Shown here one piece after another: positions 27,196 through 40,254 of a stretch of 64,000 nucleotides of DNA. Below the pieces are notes generated by a model, which saw only the letters and a list, made by a program, of their open reading frames with translations, was not told the DNA's origin and searched no databases. Numbering within the stretch: position 1 is the first letter of the stretch; every line of letters begins with the position of its first letter. Made by a program: the position numbers and the translations under genes. The stretch lies in the NCBI RefSeq assembly GCF_009914755.1, contig NC_060928.1; one strand, given 5' to 3'. The DNA is from the human T2T-CHM13v2.0 reference genome, Homo sapiens.

Positions 27196-27718
27196 TGTGG
27201 TAGCTAGTGATTTTCAATTATTAGTATTCACACTTTTTATAATTCTCTCCCATGTTTAATAGGACTGATGCATGAAAAAATAGGCTTTTGTGAAATATGA
27301 CAAAGCTAGGTTATAAAAGGTATTGCGACTTTCACCTTGCTCTACGAGTAACTTGCTCTAGGAGTAATCAGCTGCCACATTCTGAGGCCATGACTATGGT
27401 CCTAAATAGAGATCAACATGGTAAAGATTTGAGGCTTCTTGACAAAAACAACCAGTAAGAAACTGAGCCTCTTACTGACAATCATGCAAATGAGCCATCT
27501 TAGAAGATCTTTCAGCCACAGTTAAGCCTTCGGATGATTACAGCCCCAGTTCACATCGTGGATTCAACCTCATGAAAGATCTTCAGGCAGAAGTAACCAT
27601 TTATGCTTCTCTTGAACTCCTTACCTACAGAAAATGTGTGACTTAATAAATATTCTAGTCATGTTAAACCTTTAAGTTTGAAGGGTAGTCAGATATACTA
27701 CAACAGATAACAAATATA
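27196..27718 (+). mobile_element. MLT1F/G-type LTR
   Basis: tgtggt start; ctaggttataaaagg, tgagccatcttagaag, aagccttcggatgattacagcccc; 3' caacagataacaaatata. Confidence 0.7.
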
Positions 27719-29081
27719 AACAGAACAGTATATAAAAAAAGAAACATTAGCATTCATGTATCATTGTAAATTTTTCTGTGCTTATGTATATGCCTGTTGA
27801 TGGATGGGACAAAGAGAAATATATGCATATTCAAAATAATACCAAGAGAGAATATATCAGAAAAATTTGTGAAGCGAGGATATCCAATTTCCCCATGTAA
27901 AAGCATGGTGTGTGATATGGATTTTTAAAGAAAAATGGATATAATAAATTCTTCTCACATAGTCAATCATGCCAAAGACGGTTAAACACGGATTCTTGCC
28001 CACTGATGCACAAGAGGATAAAAATGAGAGGATGTTTAACCAGGTGTTTCTAGAGCTGACTACCATTTCTGTCAACCAAAATGCTCCAAACGGCTCCTCT
28101 CAGACTGTTTGCATTAATGAATAGATGATATCTAATACCATGTGGGATTCTATACTTGCCTTAATTAAAATTAATTGTCCCATGAATGATTAATGCTTAG
28201 TCTGAATTTTTCATAGTTTCTATATTACTGAGATACTAAACAATGTAACTCATCTACATTTTATGTTACTCTTTCAATCCCCATTAAAAAAATAATTAAT
28301 TACTGCATCTGTTTTCTTTTGCTGAATATGACTAATTGCTAATTTTTAAGCATTAAGAATTCACTAAAGAAATTTACCTGAAGAAATTTCTGGTAACTTT
28401 AGTAATTTAAATTTAACTTAGAACTATGAAAAACAACTATATAATACTAAATAAAACTTGAGAATGAATTGGTTTACTTTACCTGTCAATAAGAAGGTAT
28501 ATATACCTACTTCAATCTATTTTTGATAATTAAAAATTAAATATATATAAAATATTTAAATATCTCTGCAAAAGTAGTATTTTTCAAAATATTTAACATT
28601 TTTCCTCTGTTACAAAAACTTGGAAAATTATCATATCTGTATTTTTCTTGTAAAAATAATCTTTTTCTAAATATATTTACTGCCATGATCAAGAGATTAT
28701 GTCTTCTAAATTAAAACATCTGCCAAACACTTTTGACCCTAGGTTTAGCACCTCGTCATTTACTCTTACAAACTGGTGTTCAGGATTACAAAGAAGTTTT
28801 GTGATAGATCATAGACAGAATTAGTCGTTTGTTTTTCCCTTGGAAAACATGGCCCCTCATCATGGAGCTACAGTGGCCATTAATAGTTATAAAAAACTAG
28901 CTGGTTCTAGGAGTTAAATTTTTGACAAATTAGTGGTAAATGTTTTTTCAAACATGTTTTAAGCAAATTGTTTTATTTAAGTAAACTACCTACATTTACC
29001 ATTTGGGCTCATTAATTCAACGATTTCATACTCAGTACCCAATTTATATTATAAGTCGTTTATAAGAAAGCTAAGGAGACT

Positions 29082-29393
<312 letters not shown>

Positions 29394-29597
29394 CTAACGA
29401 GACTAAAATATGAGTCTTTATTTGAGCATGCTTATTTTGTATACAGAAAAACTGAGACCCTATCACCCATTTTCGCTTAAGTTAATGAACACCACAGATA
29501 TTAGAGAAGAGAAAGACTATAACCCATAACCTTTCAAGAGAAATCCAAGTATTATGCTTAAATAGGATGGGTCAGTAACTTAAGAATTGACATTTTA

Positions 29598-29918
29598 GGC
29601 CGGGCGTGGTGGCTCATGCCTCTAATCCCAGCACTTTGGGAGACCCAGGCGGGCGGATCACGAGGTCAGGAGATAGAAACCATCCTGGCTAACACGGTGA
29701 AACCCCGTCTCTACTAAAAATAAAAAAAAATTAGCCGGGCCTAGTGTTGGGTGCCTGTAGTCCCAGCTACTCAGGAGGTTGGGGCAGAAGGCTGAGGCAG
29801 AAGAATCGCTTGAACTCGGGAGGCAGAGGTTGCAGTGAGCCGGGATTGCACCACTGCACTCCAGCCTGGGCAACAGAGCAAGAGTCCGTCAGAGAGAGAA
29901 AAAAAAAAAAAAAAAAAA
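29598..29918 (+). mobile_element. AluSc8/Y-like
   Basis: Full Alu with a perfect 16-bp TSD aagaattgacatttta (29582-29597 / 29919-29934). Confidence 0.94.
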
Positions 29919-30103
29919 AAGAATTGACATTTTAAAAATGCGTCTTGTGATTTTTATTCTAATTTTTATCAAAGTAACAAAGGTAATTAATTTATAAAAA
30001 TAAAATGGTATTACATGGTTTATAATTATAAAAAGGTATTCTCCTGTCCCTAAACTCTCATTATTATTGTCCCAATTTTTAGAGTCATGCACTGTTAACT
30101 CAG

Positions 30104-30237
30104 TTAGCTAATTTATCTTAGTATTTCTCTTAGTACACTCTTAGCTAATTTCTCTTAGTATTGCCTAAGAGAAATTACTTAGTACTCTTAGTACTGCCTA
30201 AGAGAAATTTAGAAATATGGTTCCATGTTTCTAAATT
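30104..30237. repeat. Mosaic of short direct and inverted repeats (three hairpins)
   Basis: Repeated ctcttagta/ctaagag units. Stems: 30146-30158/30165-30177, 30185-30191/30198-30204, 30206-30220/30223-30237. Confidence 0.9.
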
Positions 30238-30407
30238 CTATATGAGAGTAGTTTAGGTTTTCTACACTTACCCAACTCCCCTCAAAACCCTTAAGATTTT
30301 ATACAAAGGCATCCCTTCCTCCTATCTTCTCAAGATTTTGATATACAATATATAGCCAAATCAATAGTCAGTGTTTACATTACTATGGAGATTAAACTAT
30401 TATTCAC

Positions 30408-31072
30408 TGTAGCAGGCAGAATAGATTCTACAGAAATTCCCCCAAGCTTCTTATCCTCTGGTTATTTAATCAAACACTAATTTAGCTACTACTGTGAAAG
30501 GATTTTGAAGAAGGAATTAAGGTTACTAATCAGCTGAACTTTAAATAGGAAGATAATACTGGGTTATATGAATGGCTATAATGTGATTACATGAGCCCTT
30601 AAAACCAGAAAAGGAAAGTGGCATAATCACTTGAAGAGATGTGGCAGAAAATAAAATAAGAGTAGTGAGCAGAGTAATGGAGGTCAGCGAGACATGAAGT
30701 GTGAGAAGGACTCAATCAACCATTACTTTTTTGAACACAAAGAGGACCAAAAGTCCAGGGATGCAGGCAGCCTCTAGAGGCTGAGAAGAAGCCCTGCCAA
30801 AACCTAGCAAGGAAACAAGGACCTCAGTCCTGCAGAACCACAGAACTGAATTCAGCCAACAACCTGGGTGAAATCCGAAGTAGAGTCTCCTCTGTAGCCT
30901 CCAGGTTGAGTTCAGATTGGCCAACATTTTGATTTTAGCCTAGAGAGATCCTAAGCAGATTTTTTGGGCCCAGCCAAGCTCATTTATGTCTGATCTATGC
31001 AACTCTGAGATAATAAATCACTGTTGTTTTGAATCTACAAGTTTGTTACAGCAGTAATAGGAACCGAATACA
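30408..31072 (+). mobile_element. MLT1E solo LTR
   Basis: TG...CA termini; ggaattaaggttactaatcagctga motif; 5-bp TSD ttcac/ttcat. Confidence 0.88.
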
Positions 31073-31249
31073 TTCATCATTCAGGTATTTAATACAATAT
31101 AATCACTTTTCATTTGCTAGAAATGTCTGTGCTGGGATCATCCTTTACACTTGGCATATAGCATTCACCATGGCCGTTGCATTTATCTTCTTCCAGTCAT
31201 GGGTCTGTGCTTTCTCTAGATCCTAGAAATTTTTTTTTTCACTCTTTCC

Positions 31250-31563
31250 TTTTTTTTTTTTTTTTTTTTTTTTTGTTTTTGAGACGGAGTCTCGCACTGT
31301 CATCCAGGCTGTAGTGCAGTGGCACGATCTCGGCTCACTCCAAGTCCTGCCTCCTGGGTTCACGCCTTTCTCCTGCCTCAGCCTCCGGAGTAGCTGGGAC
31401 TACAAGCGCCCACCACCACGCCTGGCTAATTTTTTGTATTTTTTAAGTAGAGACGGGGTTTCACCGTGTTAGCCAGGATGGTCTGGATCTCCCGACCTCG
31501 TGATCTGCCCACCTCGGCCTCCCAAAGTGCTGGGATTACAGGCGTGAGCCACCGCGCCCAGCC
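31250..31563 (-). mobile_element. AluY
   Basis: Reverse Alu with Y diagnostics (gggttcacgcc, accgtgttagccaggatgg). TSD actctttccttt on both sides. Confidence 0.94.
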
Positions 31564-32089
31564 TAACTCTTTCCTTTATGTGGGAAGTATCCTTCAACAA
31601 GTTTCAGAGATAGAGAAAGAGCGAGCGAGCGAGAGAGATCCTTCAACAGGTTTCAAAGACAGAGAGAGAACCTTAAAAGATCTTTGTTTTTTTAAGGCTT
31701 TCCTGAATTAATACTTTTATACTTTTCATTCTGCATTTTATCTGTTCTTTCTTTTTGGAAATTCAGTTACTGATAAACCGAATATTCTAGATACACTAAT
31801 TCATTTTTAAAATTGTCTGTCTTACTTTCTATACTTGCCTTTGGTTTTGCTTTCTTGGAGTTTTTTTTTAAGCTTATCTTAAGAAATCTCCTTTTCCATT
31901 TACATTTCTGATGTCATGTTTTTGGTTTTCAGAAGTTTCTATTGTATGTATATTCTTAAGAGTTCTTATTTTCTGAATATTTCTTTTTTATAGAATACTC
32001 TTCTTGTTTTATGGTGGAATTATAGTCTCCTGTATCTCTAAAGAGATATAATAATTTATTGTACTTAGTGTTTCTTTTGTTATCTTTGA

Positions 32090-32963
32090 TATGCCCTATC
32101 TATGGCAATAATTGCAATACAATTTTCTATACAAGAAGAAAGTATATTAGCCTTTTTTGTATTTATGACTTACAGAATTTCTTTTGAGTATTCATAGTTG
32201 GAATGCATAAAATGTGTCTTTAGGCAGTAGTTTTTGATGTTTATTGAAAAAACAGAAATACTGATAAATTGTATTGCAGTTTCTATTTCAAAACAGGCAA
32301 TGATGTAATTATAATTGGATGTGTTTTATTATTAAGTATCTTACTGACTTGAGAGAACTTTAATTTCAATTACATGGTGAAAAGAAACAAATCTCCCCTT
32401 ATATCTAATAGTTGGATAGTCCACAGTGGTTATCAGTTTAATACATCTGAATCTGTTTCTCCTCCATTACCCACATCTTCTGGTATTGACATTATTGGAA
32501 GTGTTTGAATTATATTACCTCTGGCTCTGCAGCTTGTTACCTCACCTGGTGAGGCAACTTGGTGGGAAGTACCAGTATTCCTGGAAGTCATTTCTACAAC
32601 AGGACAGCTAGCAGTAAAATTTAAGACTAAACAAATATTACCGGGAACTGTATACATGTCATCTCCCTAAACTCACATTACATATATTTTCCACTCATCT
32701 TTCCTTAATTTGGATCCAAAAAGTACCTGCAGATCCTTGAGCACTACGTAACAGGGAGAAAAGTGGGATGTAAGTGGTGTCAGAGTAAAAAAAGGACAAT
32801 GATCTTAACTGAATGCAAGTAATATTTTTAAGGTTGAAAATTTTACCAAAATATATATCCAACTGAACACATTTCTGGGTCCCTCTCAAGGTCTTAGAAG
32901 GGGCCTATGCAGGTTAAGGGCCCTGAAGCTTGTTTTATTAGCTTCATGACTTATCTACTTCTG
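32090..32963. mobile_element. hAT-Tip100 DNA transposon fossil (Zaphod/MER115-like)
   Basis: Right end gggccctgaagcttgttttattagcttcatgacttatctacttctg resembles the recalled terminus gggccctgaagcttaagcttcattagcttcacggtaaatccgcctctg. The left boundary is uncertain. Confidence 0.5.
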
Positions 32964-34479
32964 CAACCAATTTTCTTTGGGAGTCCACCACAGATAGGAA
33001 TTTGAAGTATAAATTTTGCCCTAAAAATTCTAAGAAATAGGTCAGGATTATACATTTAATGAATCAACTTCAAGTTAACTCTGTAGTTAAGCCTGAAAAT
33101 TCACTTTATTATGCAGCTTAGATTATCTGCAACTGCATTATCCTATGTAACCTATCAGAGGTAAGGCAATGAGATAAAATTTCGGCATAATAGAGATAGA
33201 TACCTTACACTTCAATGTTAACTGACGCTCATTGTGAAACACACAGAAAAAAAAATAAAATTTGAAAATTAAATTCTCTTGCAAATGAGAGTCCAAACAA
33301 CTATATTTCTCTGAAATTAAAATCTAAATTGTATTGTCTCGTGCTTGAGAGTAGAAATTTAATGAAAATAAGTAAGAACACCATTGTTCATAACTGCTTA
33401 TTTCCACTCAATTTCATTTGAATTTCAAACCCGGAAGTAGAAATGGGCGGCTTATGGGATCTCTGATTTGGACTATGTTTTGCCAACAGGAGATAGTTCA
33501 TTCAGGAAAGCCAATGATGTCTGAATCAAGGCATGCTCTCTCACAAATGTTACTTTATAATAGCAGAAACAGTTAATAGGTCACATAAGGCCATTAAGCA
33601 CTAGCCTTAGGCATAACCCTCCTGGAAAACAAATACATTTCTGTTCTTGGAACACTTATCCCAGGCAAAATGTCTCCCAGAAAGTAACACCCACAGTCTG
33701 TGAATGTTTACATTGTGTTTGTTTTGTTGTTGCTGCTGTTGTTTTGTAGAGTGTATCAGTCATTTTATTGAAGGAATTGGAGGACACACAAATTACCCTT
33801 TTTCTAGTCATTTTTCTTAAGCCAATTCATTTCTCAAGAGTGTATTTTTCAAATTTCCTATCTTGGATATAATTCTGTATGTTGATGTTCTGGAATGTGA
33901 GTAAAAGAAGTGGAATGGGAGATGCCATTATTTAGAAGACAATCCTCATATTTTTCAGTCTCATGCATCAATGTCACTCTTGGTGATGCCAGGTCTCCCC
34001 AAGTCTGAAAAGTCTCTAGTTTAAATTAACCAGGGAGTAATTCGTCTCCCATCATGTCAAAAAAGGAATAGGACCCTTGACATAATGAGGTCAGGAAAAT
34101 GATTTGAAGGTTTCAATTAAATGGCATACTTTTAATCCATCTTGCTCTTTTCAGTCCCTTTCCTCTATCTCTTCTACCTTCAGAGCTACTGGTACTTCTA
34201 ATTCCAGAGCCTTTTGATGCTTCCATAGCAAGTTTTCTTCCTTTTTGTTGCCTCCTGACTTACAAGTAGTTGGATTTCATCCTTTTATTCTGTGTTAATT
34301 CTATTACCAAACATCTGCCTATTTTATAATTCTTACAATTTTGTTGGCCTTGCTCATCCAGTGTCATTTCTCTAGCATACTTCTGCTTTGTTAGTGTATA
34401 ACTTTTCTTTTCATTATCATTATTTCTAAAGTGTTTTGGATATATACAAGCTAAACGTCTGCATTTAAGCTTTCATGGA

Positions 34480-34862
34480 TGTTATGGACTGAATTGCATC
34501 TTCCCAAAATTGTAGGTTGAAATCCTAACACTGATGTTACTATATTTGGATATAGGGCCTCAAAGGAGGCATTTATGGTGAAAAGAGATCAGAAGGGTAG
34601 ACCTTAATCTAATAGGACTTGTGGTCTTATGAGTAGAGGAAGAGATACCAGGAGTGTGTGCACACAGACAGGAGGGTATATGAGCACACAGTGAGAAGGC
34701 AGCCATCTGCAAGTCAAGGAAAGAGGACTTACCAAAAACAAACCCTGTTTGCACCTTCATATTAGACTTCCAGACTGCAGAACTGTGAAAAAGTACATTT
34801 TTGGTTATTTAAATCACTCAGTCTTTGATATTTTGTTATGGCAGCCTTGACAGATTAATACA
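34480..34862 (+). mobile_element. MLT1A/B solo LTR
   Basis: tgttatggactgaattg...gagaaggcagccatctgcaag...gttatggcagccttgacagattaataca. Confidence 0.88.
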
Positions 34863-35758
34863 ATGTGAATCATTAAATATCACTTTATATTTCTTAACAA
34901 ATTAACCATCTCACTCATGATTGTAACAAACAGATCATTCTCAGTCATAATTGAGGAATTTGCTCAGCCTATTCAGGGTACTGTAAGTAATTTGGGACAC
35001 TAAAACATTTATAGAGTACACTTTTGATTTTTGTCAACACTCATCAATTCTCAATGATAGTTTATTAAGTCTGTATCTTCCCTTGAAAATATGCTGTTCT
35101 TTGGCTTATGTATGCTCTTATTTATGTTCTGTGGCTTCTTTTGGGTCTTTAACAAGATAGCCCTACAATGTACCATGCAATCTTTCTAAATTCATTATAT
35201 AGGGATCAATCTCAGATGTCCTGCTCCATTCCAGGGGCTCTGAAGTAGTGAATTAGGGCTCCCCTCATGGGTCTCCCCAGAAGCCTAATCTTTTTCTCTT
35301 TCTCTCTCTTCGTCATGGGACTCTAATCCCTTTCTTCTAACATTTCATCTTTTATGCTTCATTTTCTCACCATAATTACTGCCTCTTCCTAGAACAGCTC
35401 CACTAAAATGATTAAGTCAGAGTTTGCAAACTCAAAGTATAAGTTTTGAATTTCTTCTATAGATTTTATTCTATTTGTATTTTATTTTGGCCAATAAAAT
35501 GTTTTCCTATTTCAACCAAGTTTTTAAATTATAGATCTCAGTTCTCATTTGAAAAAATTGTAGATCTGACAACACAGACTACTAAAATATCTATTGGAGA
35601 TTAGTAATGCTACCTAATTTTATGTGAAGGATGATTATTTTCTTTATAGAATGGATGTGTGTATACCTACAGTCAGTCTGCTTCTCTCTTTACAATGTCC
35701 AATATCATTCTTATACACATTTGATTTGACAAAAGAAGTTTTTATTTCAAGAAGTAGT

Positions 35759-35880
35759 AGAGTGACCACAAAGAGTTGTGCGGGCTGTGTAGCCCCAGAA
35801 GATGTAATTTACATAGGTCATTAAGTGGATAACGTTGCCCAGGTTTGTGTACTGGAAACCTAGCACAATGATACAACTAT
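35759..35880. mobile_element. Possible MER91-type (hAT-Tip100) palindromic MITE remnant
   Basis: agttgtgcgggctgtg...tttacatag...gtttgtgtactggaaacctagcacaa loosely follows the recalled MER91A layout. Confidence 0.35.
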
Positions 35881-36183
35881 ATAAAATAATCTTTAAACTT
35901 TGTTTATCTCTCATATTCTTCTTTTTCTTCAGACATAAATATTCATTCGGCAAAGAAACACAAAGTTTTGTTTACCTCTTAGAATGGAGATGGTAAAAGT
36001 ATCAGGACAACAAAACAGAAGTTAATATCTCAACAAATTATCCTAACACAGTAGTATATAAGAATGAACACTATTATGATATAATCCATAGGAGTAAAAT
36101 ATTTAACACAAATGTCACTAAAGACTGAAAATACCTGTAAAATGTTAAGGCCTTTATGAAATTTCCTTGACAGATAAGTAGTC

Positions 36184-36548
36184 TGTTATGGACTGAATGT
36201 TTACATTCCCCCTAATTCATATGTTAAAATCCTAATCCCCCATATAATGGGATTAGAAGGTGGGACCTTTGGATGGTAATTAGGCCATGAGGATGGAACC
36301 CTCATGAATGGGACTAATGCCCATAAAAAGAGACCCCAGAGAGCTCTCCAGCCTCTTTAAGTCATGTTGAAGATACAGAGACAAATTGGCAGTCTGCAAC
36401 ACAGAACAGGGCCTTCACCAAAACTCGACCTTGCTGGCAACTTGATCTCAGACTTCTAGGCTCCAGAACTTTGAGAAATTAATTACTGTTGTTCATAAGC
36501 CAGCCAGCCAATAGTACTTTGCTATAGCAGCACAAACTGATTAAGATA
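36184..36548 (+). mobile_element. MLT1A0 solo LTR
   Basis: tgttatggactgaatgttt...ctatagcagcacaaactgattaagata; 5-bp TSD tagtc/gagtc. Confidence 0.9.
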
Positions 36549-38524
36549 GAGTCTAAATAAAACATCAAAAAATTTTGATTGCCATTGTAGTAAAGAGTAC
36601 AGGACTGCAAACTGGAAGGTCAGAATTCTTATTCTGAATCTTCCCAGGATGCATTGCCATTATCTATTAAAAAAGGAACTAAACTAAGTGATTATTCAGA
36701 ACTCGTTTTATGTTTAGATTCTTTGAATATAATAAGTACTACAAACTCAATTCCTAACTCCGGAAGAATATAAGATTGACTAGTAAATGCTCTTTTATGG
36801 TTGTTTCTAAAAGAAGCTTTTAGTAGAATGATGTTTGTGCTCAGAGCAATCTTATACTGACTTATGTTACTTGTATTATCCTCATGTGTGATAGAAGAGG
36901 CTTTGGTTTGACTTGTTTTTTTTATTATTATTTTTCTGGAAGCCACTGCAGATTTAATTTCCCTTTAAGCAGTAGACTAATCACACTCTCTCTTTCACCC
37001 CACAGCTTGAACAGATTGAGAGTTTTAATGGTGAAAACATTCAGTGCAGGTAGGGAAAGCCCAGGAGGCTGCAGGAAAAGAGCCCTAAATTTAGTAAGTA
37101 AGAGAGATATAATAGCAGTATGAGTTCTGCTGTTTGGCTTCCAGGAAAAATTCATTCTTTATGAATTCTCATATTCTCAGTTTCTCCCTCCTCTTCCCCC
37201 ACCCCATGCAACCTTGTTCCTATTTTTCTGAATTATTATCCTTTCAGTACTCAGCAGACCCAGAAGAATAGAAAGGTGCTTGCTGCCATCCCTTCATCTA
37301 AGCCCCTCTTCTTCAGATTAATTCTTTATCTTTTGTTTCTCAGATCTGAAATATATTCTTTGCAAGACCATTACATTTCTAAGATTTTTCAGAACTCAAT
37401 TAAAATCATAATTGGCCAGCATCTTAAAACACATTTTGATGCATTGTATTTGGTGACTATCACTCAATTTGTCAATATTTATTGAGTACTCATTGCAAAA
37501 TCAGAGTAGCAGGAAAAGAATTTTAAAAAAACACTATAAAATACAAGGTCAGCTATGATAAAATGTTAGCTGGAAAGGCATATCCTTTAGATGAGACCCT
37601 AATAATCTCCTTATTTCGGGACTATATATTCTTCTGGACTAATAGGAGGAATGAAAAAAGCTATGGCAGAGAATCTATTCAAGGACTGAACTTTCAAGTT
37701 CAGAGGATCTTTCTTCTCAGAGTTTATCTTCCTAGAATCTAAATGAAAGTCCAGTTAACAATATTTTTTTTTTCTTTTACTATTGCCAGACTTCACACAA
37801 ATTGGAAATATTTTATTTCAAAAATTAATGAAGCTATTCTTGATCAGACATTTCAACTTTTTTTTAATTTAGCCTTGATTCTTAATTTTAAGGATAGTAT
37901 GATTCTATACCGGTGTTGTTATATACCATTTGAGTGAAATGCTAATTGGTTATTATTTAATGGAAAAGTAAAAAATAGAAAAATAATAAATTTAATAACC
38001 ATATCAAGATTTTATATTTCATTAATAATTGAATAGGAAGCTGTGTATTTTGTATTTAGAGAGTTTTTTTTTATTGTTTTCTGGAGGTTGCATGCCGCTG
38101 CTTTTAAGTCTTTTTTACCTAATTTCTCCAATTTAAACTCTTCCTTTCTCCCTCATTTTTTTTTGTTGTCCTATGTAATTGACATCCATTTTTCTGCTGC
38201 CTTGTTTATGATTTCTCCACTGTTTTTAGGAAGCTTTTCGTAAATACCAAGGCCCACTGTAGTAATTGCCTCTTGTTCTTCACTATAATGCTACTTATGT
38301 TCTGCCCTGCTCAGCAAAAGCAGACTGTATTGCAGAAAGTTTCAGACAAGATGTCTTGTAACATGGGTTCAAGTTACTGCTCCTCCACTTAAAATTTTTG
38401 AAGCTATAGTTTTCAATTTCCAAAATGAATTGAAAATGTTTTCTATCTTATGGGTATATTGAGATTTAAATAGGGAAAAATGTAATATTGCACAACATGT
38501 TAGGAGTGACTTGTCTTCAAAAAT

Positions 38525-38637
38525 ACTGTAGGCTCTGTGAAAATAGGGATTAAAGTCCCTGAAATTTTTTCCTAGTGTTTTGACTAAATCTTTGAACAAT
38601 ATAGGTATTCCATAAATGTCTGTTGGTTAGTTGAATC
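38525..38637 (+). mobile_element. L2 3' end remnant
   Basis: ctgtaggctctgtgaaaataggga...taggtattccataaatgtctgttggttagttgaat. Confidence 0.5.
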
Positions 38638-38735
38638 CCAAATAGAGCTGTTTAAAACAATGCTGAGTCTCTGTTAATAGTCAATATACTTTTCTTTCTA
38701 GTACCTGTAATAAATAAATAGCTGTTGTTAGTCAT

Positions 38736-39205
38736 TATGTTTATTGCAGCACTATTTACAATAGAAAAAGCTTGGAACCAACCCAAATGCCCATCAATGA
38801 TAGACTGGATAAAGAAAATGTGGCACATATACACCATGGAATACTATGCAGCCATGAAAAAGAATGAGTTCATGTCCTTTGCAGGGACATAGATGGTGCT
38901 GGAAACCATCATTCTCAGCAAACTAACACAGGAATAGAAAACCAAACACTGCATGTTCTCACTCATAAGTGGGAGATGAACAATGAGAACACATAGACAC
39001 AGGGAGGGGAACATCACACACCAAGGCCTGTCAGGGGGTGGTGGGGAAAGGGGCGGGAGAGCGTTAGGACAAATACCTAATGCCTGTGGGGCTTAAAACC
39101 TAGATGATGGGTTGATAGGTGCAGCAAACCACCACGGCACATGTATACCTGTGTAATAAACCTGTACGTTAAGCACGTGTATCCCAGAACTTAAAGTAAA
39201 ATAAT
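38736..39205 (+). mobile_element. 5'-truncated L1PA10-like 3' end
   Basis: End of ORF2 plus 3' UTR: ggacaaatacctaatgcctgtggggcttaaaacctagatg...cccagaacttaaagtaaaat. Confidence 0.92.
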
Positions 39206-39740
39206 TTTTAAAAACCACATTTAAAACCACAATTTTAAATTTATTTTACATTTTTTTAAAATAAATTTTAAAAACTCTGTAAAGACAGAAAGATAGATTT
39301 GCAGAAAGTTATTTGTTGTATTTTCTACGAACTAAAATTTTCTGTTTGCTTCATATCCTGGAAAGGCAGACAAAGATAATTTGAGGGAGAAAATCTGTCT
39401 TCAAGGCCACAGGAAATGTTTAGTTGAAACACATTTTCACACTTTTATGTGAAATTCTCATTTGGTGCTACAAATATCACCTTTAAAAACACTAATTCCC
39501 TTTATTTTGTATAATATAATTTCTTATAATATTCTCTTTTGCCTTTTTTCATGGAGGGCTGTTTCCAGAAATCTCAGGTCAAATACGGCTCCTACATCTT
39601 TGAACTTCTATAGAACTAACTTATTTGGCGTAACTTGAATGGCCTTTAACACTATTTGTTGTGAATTTATTTTATTCTTGTCTTAATACATTTTATGAGC
39701 TTCACGTGGGCAGATAAAGTGTTCTTTTCCTCTTAGTAGG

Positions 39741-40215
39741 TACGGTAGGCTGAATAATAGCTCCCCAAATTAATCCACATCCTAAATCCTGGACACGTGA
39801 ATGCTAATTTGTATAACAACAAAGAATTTGAAGATGTGATGAAGTTAAGGATTTTAAATTGGAACATTATACTGGATTATCTGGATGGGCACTAAATACA
39901 ATCACATTTATCCTTCACAAAGGGAAAGCAAAGGGAGGTTTGACTATACAGAAGAATAAAAGGCCATGTGATCAGGAAAGCAGAGATTAGAGTGATGCAG
40001 CCACAGGTCAAGGGATGCTAGCTACCAGAAACTCCAGGAGACACGGAATGGAATCCCCCCCAGAGCCTTCAGAGGGAGCTCGACCCATCTGAAACATTTA
40101 TTTTGGTACAAAACACTGACTTTTGCCTTCAGAACTGTAAGAGAATAAATTATTGTTGTTTTATGCCACTAGGTTTGTGATAGCATTTTTATAGTAGCAA
40201 TAGGAGACTAAGATA
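39741..40215 (+). mobile_element. MLT1C/D solo LTR
   Basis: ggtaggctgaataat start; agagccttcagaggg; agaactgtaagagaataaat; end agcaataggagactaagata. Confidence 0.85.
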
Positions 40216-40254
40216 ATGGGCAAGGTCTTTTTTTCTGTTTCAGTAGATGAATGC

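Noticed and set aside
30104-30237. Possible CRISPR-like repeat-spacer array
   Set aside because: There are no unique spacers of regular length, no cas genes, and the context is primate DNA; it is better explained as a local duplication/inversion mosaic.
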